Source: an uncultured archaeon
Lineage (GTDB): Archaea > Thermoplasmatota > Penumbrarchaeia > JASLWR01
DNA: 33,847 nucleotides
Reading direction: 5' to 3'
Assembly: GCA_964342815.1 (NCBI GenBank)
Contig: CAYFHS010000022.1
Location: forward strand, 1-33,847
Shown piece by piece: positions 9,837 through 17,784 of this stretch. Each line of letters begins with the position of its first letter. The first letter of the stretch is position 1. The position numbers were made by a program, and so were the translations under genes. The notes beneath the pieces were generated by a model. The model was not told the DNA's origin, did no database searches, and saw only the letters and a program-made list of their open reading frames with translations.

Positions 9837-10435
9837 AGAAGTCTGAAACGAGGGGGAACGGCGATGGGTATGCCGGGGAAGGGACCCCGGGCGGTCACAC
9901 CAAAGAAAGCCCCCTACGACAGAAGGTCAGGGACGGAAAGAATCTTCTTAAGAAAAGAATAATAAAAACCAGAAAGGTTATGAAGAAACACACAAAACAT
10001 TCACCATGGCTCGCACGTCTAGCTGCATTTGTAATAGGTATTATCGACGGCAGCGTCATAATACTTTTCAAGTTCGGGACCAATTATGCAGTTGAGCGGA
10101 TCGATGGTGACGCGTTCGATATCTTTGATATTGGTCACTGGTATCACATTTTTATAAATCCCTGGGTTCTGGTGGCCCTTCTACTAGCCATCATTTCCGT
10201 GATCGGCATGACCGCCGCCTTTTCCCACGAGCGTTCTCATAGATTATTCTCCCTAATAGGCGGTACCTCATACATCTGCATAGTGCTGGCATCTATATTA
10301 TTACTGGCTGAGACAGTGAAGATCATGGTGTTGATCGGCGTGGGTATTATCCTCATATCGCTCTCCTTATCGAACGTATATCAGATCGTGCTGTGGTTCC
10401 GAAACAAGGTGCATTATCTCCGGGGGATCCGATGA
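9833..10435 (+). CDS. Second small DMT/EamA-superfamily protein (ArnF-like partner)
   Basis: TTG 9833 overlaps the upstream TGA (TTGA coupling); alternative ATG at 9980. Motifs LFKFG...NPWVLVALL...GTSYICIVLASILLLAETV. Confidence 0.7.
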   Translation: MKKSETRGNGDGYAGEGTPGGHTKESPLRQKVRDGKNLLKKRIIKTRKVMKKHTKHSPWLARLAAFVIGIIDGSVIILFKFGTNYAVERIDGDAFDIFDIGHWYHIFINPWVLVALLLAIISVIGMTAAFSHERSHRLFSLIGGTSYICIVLASILLLAETVKIMVLIGVGIILISLSLSNVYQIVLWFRNKVHYLRGIR

Positions 10436-10459
10436 TCTCTGACGAGTGAAGGTGGTCAA

Positions 10460-11284
10460 ATGACAGATGTTTTGAATGAAAAGGATCATGAACCGAACGT
10501 AATAGTGCTTAGAGCAGATCGGCTTAACGAGGACAAACTGGATCGGTCAAAACGGATTGGATTATTGAATGTGGAGGCAATACGCAAAGCTAAGGTTCTT
10601 GTGGTTGGCCTCGGAGCTATTGGGAACGAGACAGTTAAGAATCTTGTATTATCCGGATTTATAAATTTCACCCTTGTTGATATGGACTATATCGTGCGAT
10701 CAAACCTGAACCGATGTGTATTTTTCCGCGATATCGATGCGGATCGAAAATCGCTTAAGACCGAAGTGGTGGCAAAAGGAGCAAAGGAACTTGATCCGGA
10801 TATTGATATTACGATCCATTCATCAAAGATTCAGGATCTGGGTGATGATTTCCTTCCCCGCTTCGATCTGGTTTTCGGCTGCCTCGATAACATCGATGCG
10901 CGTCTCCACATTAACGCACACTGCTATTACAACAACATACCGTACGTAGACGCCGCCACCGACGGTTTTATAGGCAAAGTACAGGTCATACTGCCTCCGG
11001 AAACACCATGTCTCGAATGCGCCATGAACAAGACCCATTACGCTATTCTCCAGAAGAGATTCTCCTGTACTGGAGTCGACATAACCTATTTCGAGGACAA
11101 GATGGCGGCGGAGATCACCACCACGGCAGTTGTTTCAGCCGTACAGGTTAGAGAAGGACTTAAGATTATATCCGGTAAACGGGACAAATGTCTCAAGAAC
11201 ATCTTCTATTATCACGGTATAAACAACATGTCCGATGAACTGGAGCTGGAACTCAATCCGGACTGCCTGCACCATTCGCCGTGA
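10460..11284 (+). CDS. ThiF/MoeB/E1-family adenylyltransferase (ubiquitin-activating-enzyme-like)
   Basis: GLGAIG nucleotide-binding loop, SNLNR, CLDNIDAR, CLEC plus terminal CLHH Zn ligands, RFSC cysteine; SD GAAGGTGG. Confidence 0.9.
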   Translation: MTDVLNEKDHEPNVIVLRADRLNEDKLDRSKRIGLLNVEAIRKAKVLVVGLGAIGNETVKNLVLSGFINFTLVDMDYIVRSNLNRCVFFRDIDADRKSLKTEVVAKGAKELDPDIDITIHSSKIQDLGDDFLPRFDLVFGCLDNIDARLHINAHCYYNNIPYVDAATDGFIGKVQVILPPETPCLECAMNKTHYAILQKRFSCTGVDITYFEDKMAAEITTTAVVSAVQVREGLKIISGKRDKCLKNIFYYHGINNMSDELELELNPDCLHHSP

Positions 11285-11298
11285 TCCCTGAACCAATT

Positions 11299-13218
11299 CT
11301 AGAAGAACTCCTCTTCCTTTCGTGTAGGTCTGCGTCCACCTTTGTGGCCACCTTTACCGCGAGAAAATATAATGATCATGAGAAGCAGTACTACGGCAAA
11401 TATAATCACGAGAACTATTAGAAGAGTACAGCTCGTATCTTCCTCTCCCTTCTTTTTTCCTGGGAATGATTGTGGATCGGTGGGATCGGTCCCGGCTTCC
11501 AGTTCCTCCTCATCCCAGTATCCATCCTGGTCAATATCATCATCCTGATAGTTTAAAAAACCGTCATCATCGATGTCCTCCTCGGGATGGACAACGTAGT
11601 CGCCCCAAGTGTTGTTCCATCTTGCCCAATCTGACGGGGACCAATTTTTCGGATCACCTTTGTCGCCAAAGTCCGTGACAGCTTTTTTCACCGTGATGTT
11701 GATAACTGTGGAATTTGAGACGCCGGCATCATCAGTGACAGTCAGTGTAATATTGTATATCCCCACATTGGTGTAACTATGTGTTATCTGAACTCCGCTT
11801 CCGGTGTTTCCATCACCGAAATCCCAGCTGTAGTTAACGATGCTTCCGTTCAGGGCCGATGACTCCGAGGCATCCAGGTCGAACTCCTGTTTCACGATCA
11901 CCTTCTCTTTTGAAAGCGTGAACTTAGGAATGGGTGGAAGGTTGGCCACCTGTCCCGCCTCCACGACAATGATGGTCACTTCCTGGGTAAAGGTTCCGTA
12001 TTTCGTTACAATATTGAGCGTAATTCCATATTCTCCGGTACCGGAGTAGCTCTGGTTAACTTTACTGAACTCGTCCGCCTTTACGGTTAGGGTTTTGAGT
12101 GTGGGTGTATCTGCGGAACCGAACTCGATATTCCATTCGACTTCCTCGATTCCCTGATAGAAACCATCGATATACTGACTGAATTCCACAAGGACGGTTC
12201 CGTTCCCGGGAAGTTCAGCCCGTATCTCCGAGAAATTTACAAGGTCTCCCACCAGGAAGAGTACAGAAGCAGTGTCGGTCATATTTTGCGAGTCGGCCAC
12301 TGTGAGGGATATTTCGTATATACCCCAGGTAAATGTGTGGTTAACGATCAATCCAATCCTGTTCCAAAGCACCTCATCGAATCTTTGTAATTCCCATTTG
12401 TAATCGTTTATTACGGCATCGGTACTGGCCATAGACCCTGTTGCATTGAATAATAATTTGCCGCCGGGTATAATATCAGCGGGCAGTTCGGCGATAAGAG
12501 CCTTGGGACTTGTTTTATTGTTTACCGTTACCGTCATGTTATCCACAGCCCAGTTCCCAGCGCTGTCCGTAACGTTCAATGTAACAACGAAGGCACCTGT
12601 ATTATTGAATGTGTACGTAGGTGAAATTCCGTACAATTTCATCGCAGTATCGTCATAAAGTGTCCATGTAAAATTGACGATCCCTACGTTATCATCGCTT
12701 CCGCTCCCATCATATGTAACCTTTTCACCAACGAGAACCGATTGGTCTGGCCCGGCTGATGCTCCCGGGTCGGTGATGTCTCTCACGGTGACGTTGAACG
12801 TATCTATGCTGAAGTTGCCCACTGCATCGGTTACATTCAGCGTGATTATGAAAGTACCGGCATTTGCGAAAGTGAAATTTACGATGATTCCGTATAGCGA
12901 ACGCGAGCCTGCGTCCACAAAGGTCCATGTGTAGTTTGCAATACCAATATCGTCCGTACTGCCGTTACCGTTGAAAGTGACCGTATCGCCCTGGTCAATC
13001 GTCCGGTCGGGGCCTGCTTGGGCTACGGGGATCTCGGTATCGTTAGCTCTGGATGATGTATCCGCGGCCCCTGCATAATCACTGCTCCCATAGACGTAGA
13101 CATTCTTTTCGCTTTTCATGGATTCATCCGGGCTGAAAGCTAGAATAACGGATACAGTGGCGATCAGAAGAAAATTTACTAGTATTATCGAGATTAGTTT
13201 ATTTTTTAATAAGGACAT
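11299..13218 (-). CDS. Exported multi-PKD-domain surface protein with a Ca-binding (TSP3-like) segment and a TM anchor
   Basis: Signal peptide; about four PKD units (PVAQAGPD, PGASAGPD, YSWDFGDG); DIDDDG/DIDQDG acidic motifs; TM followed by a basic tail. Confidence 0.85.
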   Translation of the reverse strand: MSLLKNKLISIILVNFLLIATVSVILAFSPDESMKSEKNVYVYGSSDYAGAADTSSRANDTEIPVAQAGPDRTIDQGDTVTFNGNGSTDDIGIANYTWTFVDAGSRSLYGIIVNFTFANAGTFIITLNVTDAVGNFSIDTFNVTVRDITDPGASAGPDQSVLVGEKVTYDGSGSDDNVGIVNFTWTLYDDTAMKLYGISPTYTFNNTGAFVVTLNVTDSAGNWAVDNMTVTVNNKTSPKALIAELPADIIPGGKLLFNATGSMASTDAVINDYKWELQRFDEVLWNRIGLIVNHTFTWGIYEISLTVADSQNMTDTASVLFLVGDLVNFSEIRAELPGNGTVLVEFSQYIDGFYQGIEEVEWNIEFGSADTPTLKTLTVKADEFSKVNQSYSGTGEYGITLNIVTKYGTFTQEVTIIVVEAGQVANLPPIPKFTLSKEKVIVKQEFDLDASESSALNGSIVNYSWDFGDGNTGSGVQITHSYTNVGIYNITLTVTDDAGVSNSTVINITVKKAVTDFGDKGDPKNWSPSDWARWNNTWGDYVVHPEEDIDDDGFLNYQDDDIDQDGYWDEEELEAGTDPTDPQSFPGKKKGEEDTSCTLLIVLVIIFAVVLLLMIIIFSRGKGGHKGGRRPTRKEEEFF

Positions 13219-13367
13219 TATACCACTCCTGTTGATTTGTTCCTACCGGTCACTATTTTTTCTTATAGTATTTATCTTTAATTAGTAAAAATCTGAGATA
13301 AAAAACAATGCAAAAAAGTATCACTGAAAAAAGATTTTAATACATCACAGGTTGGAGAATGGGAATC

Positions 13368-14129
13368 TCAGAAGAAATCCGATAGCGTAGTGCTGTATAC
13401 CTTCTTTTTTATTTTATTTATAGTATCCCAGGAATAACGGACGAACCGAGGGAAGGTTCCGTTCTTCCTTAAATAATCCTCCAAATACCGCCTTGTATGG
13501 GGGTCAGATGGGTATCCGCTCCCGAAATCTTCACCAAGCTCGAACTTTATCCTCTCAATCTCGCTCTCCCTGAAGGTCTTTGCCACGATTGATGCTGCCG
13601 ACACAACCGGGAACTTTTCGTCAGCCTTATGCTCCGATACGATATGATGGAATATTTCATTATCCATGTCCGTTTTTGTGTCACCCTCGCGGCAGTATCC
13701 GGCAAGTACATTTGCCAGGTCCCGTGCAAATCTCTCCTCGTTCACGTCACATGAATCAACGTATATCGTAGAAACCGAGATCATATGCGGGAGATTATCG
13801 AATCGGTATGATAATTTTTGATAGAGCTTAAGGATTACAGCTGCAAATGCATTTATTTCTATACGGTTCAGTGTCAGATTCTTTCTCTCGATATCGATGG
13901 TCGTTGCTGATATCGTTTCAATCGAATAACAGACATTGGCTTTCAGCTGATTGAATGCCGTTTCTCTAGAAGCGTTCGTATAGACCTTGGAATCTTTTAC
14001 CTCTATCTTTTTCAAATAATCTTCGTTATCCACTGCTACCGCTCCCACCACCAAAGGTCCAATGATGGGACCTCTTCCCGCTTCATCTATACCTATTATC
14101 ATGTGAACAGCACCCGGATTTCTTTTCAT
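13368..14129 (-). CDS. rnhB: Ribonuclease HII
   Basis: GIDEAGRGP, YVDSCD, EHKAD..FPVVSAASIVAK, GSGYPSDP and RYSW motifs. The start is either 14129 (ATGA overlap with the upstream gene) or 14102. Confidence 0.97.
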   Translation of the reverse strand: MKRNPGAVHMIIGIDEAGRGPIIGPLVVGAVAVDNEDYLKKIEVKDSKVYTNASRETAFNQLKANVCYSIETISATTIDIERKNLTLNRIEINAFAAVILKLYQKLSYRFDNLPHMISVSTIYVDSCDVNEERFARDLANVLAGYCREGDTKTDMDNEIFHHIVSEHKADEKFPVVSAASIVAKTFRESEIERIKFELGEDFGSGYPSDPHTRRYLEDYLRKNGTFPRFVRYSWDTINKIKKKVYSTTLSDFF

Positions 14130-14563
14130 AAAAACCTAACCAATGTAAAACCGTCCTTTCCGTCCTCGTAGAATCCGGAAAGCTTTTTTTCGATAATGAA
14201 ACCCAATCTTCCATAGAATCTCTGGGCGGGATTGTTGTCTGTGGTCACCTCCAGGCGGACCATGTGAATTCCCTCAATCATACACTGGCTGATAAACCTT
14301 TGCATTAAGCGAGTACCGAATCCTTGATTACGTATCTTCTTTTCTACCCCGAGATAAAGCACTTTGGCATTGTTGGGTCGATCCTTGACTCCAATAAGAA
14401 AACCGTTTATATTATTGGCGAATCGCACAACCAGGCATCCCTGGGGCCACAGGTTGATAAGACTCAGTAACATGCTGGGTTCGTAGAGCCTCCCTAGCGT
14501 GCGGCCCATGTTTTCGATCAATAAAGGTACGTCGCCCGGTTCCGCATTGGTAATATACATCAT
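14126..14563 (-). CDS. GNAT-family N-acetyltransferase (RimI/Ard1-like)
   Basis: Acetyl-CoA motif LGVEKKIRNQGFGTRL, LEVTTDNNPAQRFYGRLGF, and a terminal FYEDGKDG. Confidence 0.9.
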   Translation of the reverse strand: MMYITNAEPGDVPLLIENMGRTLGRLYEPSMLLSLINLWPQGCLVVRFANNINGFLIGVKDRPNNAKVLYLGVEKKIRNQGFGTRLMQRFISQCMIEGIHMVRLEVTTDNNPAQRFYGRLGFIIEKKLSGFYEDGKDGFTLVRFL

Positions 14564-14685
14564 TGAATGTAACAAATATATATGTTAAAATAGTTTCAGT
14601 TCCTATTACTGTACAAAAACAATACGATGAAACCGACAAAATTCCCAGCAATACTGTAGGGAAATCCAACGAGGAGAAATAATAG

Positions 14686-16128
14686 ATGACTAAGAGGAAA
14701 AAAGCAAATGAACGTTTTATTTTGGCCCAGGCGAAATGGGATGTGGTGATAATTGGAGCGGGACCCGCTGGATTATTTGCAGCAAGTACCCTGATAGAAG
14801 AACGAAGTGACCTTAATATTCTTATTATCGACAGGGGTAAGGAAGTGGATAAAAGATCCTGCGGCGCTCTTGAAACCGGCATCTGCGTCCAGTGTCAGGT
14901 TTGTGATATAATGTGCGGTGAAGGCGGAGCAGGTACCTTTTCCGACGGTACGCTGAACCTCCGATATGACATTGGAGGTAATCTCCTTGAATTTATCGAT
15001 ACCGTAGAAGATGCATGGAAGATAATCGATGATGTGGACAGGATTTTTTTAAGGTTCGGTGCTCCCGCGAAACTTTCGAATCCGTCCAAGAGTAAAAAGA
15101 TTACCGAGCTCGAGCACAGGGCCGCTTCCGTAGGTGCGAGATTTATTAACATCCCGCAAAGACACATTGGTTCGGACAAGGCTCCACGGGTAATACGGAA
15201 TATCACCGATGATCTGAAATCGAAGGGGATAACTTTTCTATTTGAGACCGAAATTGAAGACCTGATCGTGGAAGAGGGAAAATGCAAGGGTGTGACGTTG
15301 AAAAATGATGAGGGCACAAAAATTATGTCTGAGTTCACCCTGAGCAGTCCGGGACGGGTTGGAATCGGCTGGGTTGAAGAAATGGTGGAAAAACACAATA
15401 TCAAGGCCAGTTACGGCCCAATTGACGTGGGTGTCCGGGTGGAGGTCTCAGCCATACTCATGGACGAGATAATATCTATAAACCGGGACCCGAAATTCCA
15501 CATTCGCACCCAGCGCTATGACGATTTCGTACGTACATTCTGTACCAATTCACACGGATTTGTAGTAAAGGAAAAATACGACGAGTTCGTGGGAGTGAAC
15601 GGGCATGCTCATAAGGAAATGGGTTCTGATAATACCAATTTCGCATTTCTCGTGCGGGTCAACCTTACCGAACCTCTGGAGAACACATACCAATATGGAA
15701 GATCCATTGCAAAACTTGCCACCACAATCGGTGGAGGTGATCCTATCCTTCAACGTATCGGGGACCTTAAAAAGGGAAGGAGGACGACACCGAACAGGTT
15801 GAAGAGAAATCAGGTTGAGAACTCGTTGAAAAGCGTAACTCCCGGGGACATTTCAATGGCGCTTCCACACCGGATAGTAATGGATATAATCGAGGGTTTG
15901 GGCAAACTGGACGAGATCATCCCTGGCGTCATGTCAGATTCAACATTACTATATGCCCCTGAGATAAAATTCTATTCCATGAAAGTAGGAGTGAACCGGG
16001 GAATGGAAACCAGTGTCCATGGACTTTATGGGGCCGGGGATGGAATGGGCCTTTCCGGTGATATGGTCAATGCTTCAGCCACCGGTGTACTTGCGGCCAG
16101 GGGTATCTTGAGTAACATGAAGCAATGA
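14686..16128 (+). CDS. FAD/NAD(P)-dependent oxidoreductase (uncharacterised COG2509-like)
   Basis: VVIIGAGPAGLFAA Rossmann motif, GEGGAGTFSDG, DVGVRVE, VRTFCTN, LYAPEIKFYS and GLYGAGDG. Confidence 0.9.
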   Translation: MTKRKKANERFILAQAKWDVVIIGAGPAGLFAASTLIEERSDLNILIIDRGKEVDKRSCGALETGICVQCQVCDIMCGEGGAGTFSDGTLNLRYDIGGNLLEFIDTVEDAWKIIDDVDRIFLRFGAPAKLSNPSKSKKITELEHRAASVGARFINIPQRHIGSDKAPRVIRNITDDLKSKGITFLFETEIEDLIVEEGKCKGVTLKNDEGTKIMSEFTLSSPGRVGIGWVEEMVEKHNIKASYGPIDVGVRVEVSAILMDEIISINRDPKFHIRTQRYDDFVRTFCTNSHGFVVKEKYDEFVGVNGHAHKEMGSDNTNFAFLVRVNLTEPLENTYQYGRSIAKLATTIGGGDPILQRIGDLKKGRRTTPNRLKRNQVENSLKSVTPGDISMALPHRIVMDIIEGLGKLDEIIPGVMSDSTLLYAPEIKFYSMKVGVNRGMETSVHGLYGAGDGMGLSGDMVNASATGVLAARGILSNMKQ

Positions 16129-16159
16129 ACTTTATTAACATTAATGGAGTGTATCTGCC

Positions 16160-17023
16160 TTGGTAATAGACTCGAAAATATACCGGTCGATCTCGTACAT
16201 AGCCATTTTTTTCATCCTCCTCATTTTTCTAGAGCCTGTGGTCACACCGGAAAACACAGTTAAGTCCGGGGGAATGAATTCCGAACCCGGTGTTATCTAC
16301 CAGGATGACATCAACACGTCAAAACCGAACCGTATCGCTGTGATCGACGTTGCGGACTGGGGTGTGATCAAATTCGAGCTGTACGACAACATGACCCCCA
16401 TAACCACGGCGAACTTCGTGAAACTGGCCGAAGCGGGATTCTATGACGGGATAAAGTTTCACAGGTGCATTGATGATTTCGTAGCGCAGACGGGTGACCC
16501 GAATACCAGGGACAACAACCCGTACAATGACGGCTCTGGCGGTTCCGACGAGACCATCCCTCTGGAAATCCATCCGAATGCGACCCATGTCGATGGCGCC
16601 GTTGGCATGGCGAGGAGTTCCGAACCCGATTCCGCCTCTTCCCAATTCTACATATGCGACGGACCGCAGCATGGATTGGATGACATTCCCCGAATGGAGG
16701 AGAGCGGCGAACACGGGTACGCGGTATTCGGTGTCGTTATCGAAGGTCTGGAGATAGCGAAAGCCATTGCGGCTTGTGAAACATACGGAAATACACGACC
16801 GTTACTGAAAGATCATCCGGTGGATGATATTATTATGACCACCGTCACTATTGAAGAGGGTGTTTGGCCGGATACCTTTGAAATGGGTGGTGAGCAGCAG
16901 GAAAACGGAGCCAGTACCGTATTTGAATCCGGCGGCAGCGTACTGGGTATTCTTGGCGTTGTGGGCATAATACTCGTGGTGGGGACCATTCTCTGGGCTG
17001 TGGTTTACAGGAAAAGAAAATAG
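16160..17023 (+). CDS. Cyclophilin-type peptidyl-prolyl isomerase, exported and membrane-anchored
   Basis: GFYDGIKFHRCIDDFVAQTGDP, GAVGMARS, SASSQFYI and YAVFGVV motifs; N-terminal hydrophobic segment; C-terminal TM followed by RKRK. Confidence 0.92.
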   Translation: MVIDSKIYRSISYIAIFFILLIFLEPVVTPENTVKSGGMNSEPGVIYQDDINTSKPNRIAVIDVADWGVIKFELYDNMTPITTANFVKLAEAGFYDGIKFHRCIDDFVAQTGDPNTRDNNPYNDGSGGSDETIPLEIHPNATHVDGAVGMARSSEPDSASSQFYICDGPQHGLDDIPRMEESGEHGYAVFGVVIEGLEIAKAIAACETYGNTRPLLKDHPVDDIIMTTVTIEEGVWPDTFEMGGEQQENGASTVFESGGSVLGILGVVGIILVVGTILWAVVYRKRK

Positions 17024-17033
17024 GGGTTCTTTT

Positions 17034-17705
17034 ATGGTTATACCCTCGGCAGCACCACTCCTGCTTGAAAAGGACAATCATCTTTATAGTCTGAATATGG
17101 TCAGGGGAATTTCGGTATACAATGAAGAATTGATTGAGATCGGAGGGGAGGAATACCGAAGCTTTACTCCTAAAAGATCGAAGCTTGCGGCAGTGATAAA
17201 GAAGGGAATCACACCCGATATATTGGAGAACGCTAAGATGCTTTATCTCGGCGCGGCCAATGGGACCACGGTGAGTCACATAAGCGACCTGATGCCGGAC
17301 GGAAAGATATTTGCTGTGGAAATATCGTCTAGAACGTTTAGAGACCTCCTGGAACTCGCGAAATCACGACCGAATATCTTCCCGATCCTTGCCGATGCAA
17401 TGAAGCCTGAAACATACCGTTACATTGTGGACCACGTGGATATCATCTATCAGGATATCGCCCAGAAAGGGCAGGCGGCGATCTTTCTTGCGAACGCGAA
17501 AAGTTATCTCAAGAAGAACGGGATCGCCTATCTGATGGTAAAGGCGAACTGTATCGATTCAACTAAGAAAGCCGATTTGATTTATCGTGAAATAAGAACG
17601 CAGATGACCAGCGCAGGATTCCTGATAAGAAATGCCTTAGAACTGGATCCCTATCAAAAAGATCACATGGCGTTCATAATGAAGGAGAACGGGCTGCAAC
17701 GGTAG
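17034..17705 (+). CDS. flpA: Fibrillarin-like rRNA/tRNA 2'-O-methyltransferase
   Basis: RSKLAA, LYLGAANGTTVSHISD, YQDIAQ and LDPYQKDH motifs. Confidence 0.96.
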   Translation: MVIPSAAPLLLEKDNHLYSLNMVRGISVYNEELIEIGGEEYRSFTPKRSKLAAVIKKGITPDILENAKMLYLGAANGTTVSHISDLMPDGKIFAVEISSRTFRDLLELAKSRPNIFPILADAMKPETYRYIVDHVDIIYQDIAQKGQAAIFLANAKSYLKKNGIAYLMVKANCIDSTKKADLIYREIRTQMTSAGFLIRNALELDPYQKDHMAFIMKENGLQR

Positions 17706-17752
17706 TTTGAAGATCACTTTGGATTATTTCACCCTGCTGCGATTTCCCAAGC

Positions 17753-17760
17753 TTTTTATA
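17753..17760 (+). promoter_or_regulatory. Probable TATA box (TTTTTATA), likely leaderless transcript
   Basis: Ends 25 nt upstream of ATG 17785. Confidence 0.45.
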
Positions 17761-17784
17761 CTCCGTAACTGATTTAGCGCACTA

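Noticed and set aside
10433-10462. In-frame TGA between the second DMT gene and the E1 (possible readthrough or Sec fusion)
   Set aside because: The E1 has its own SD (GAAGGTGG) and ATG, there is no Cys-like context or SECIS evidence, and in-frame phase has a one-in-three chance.
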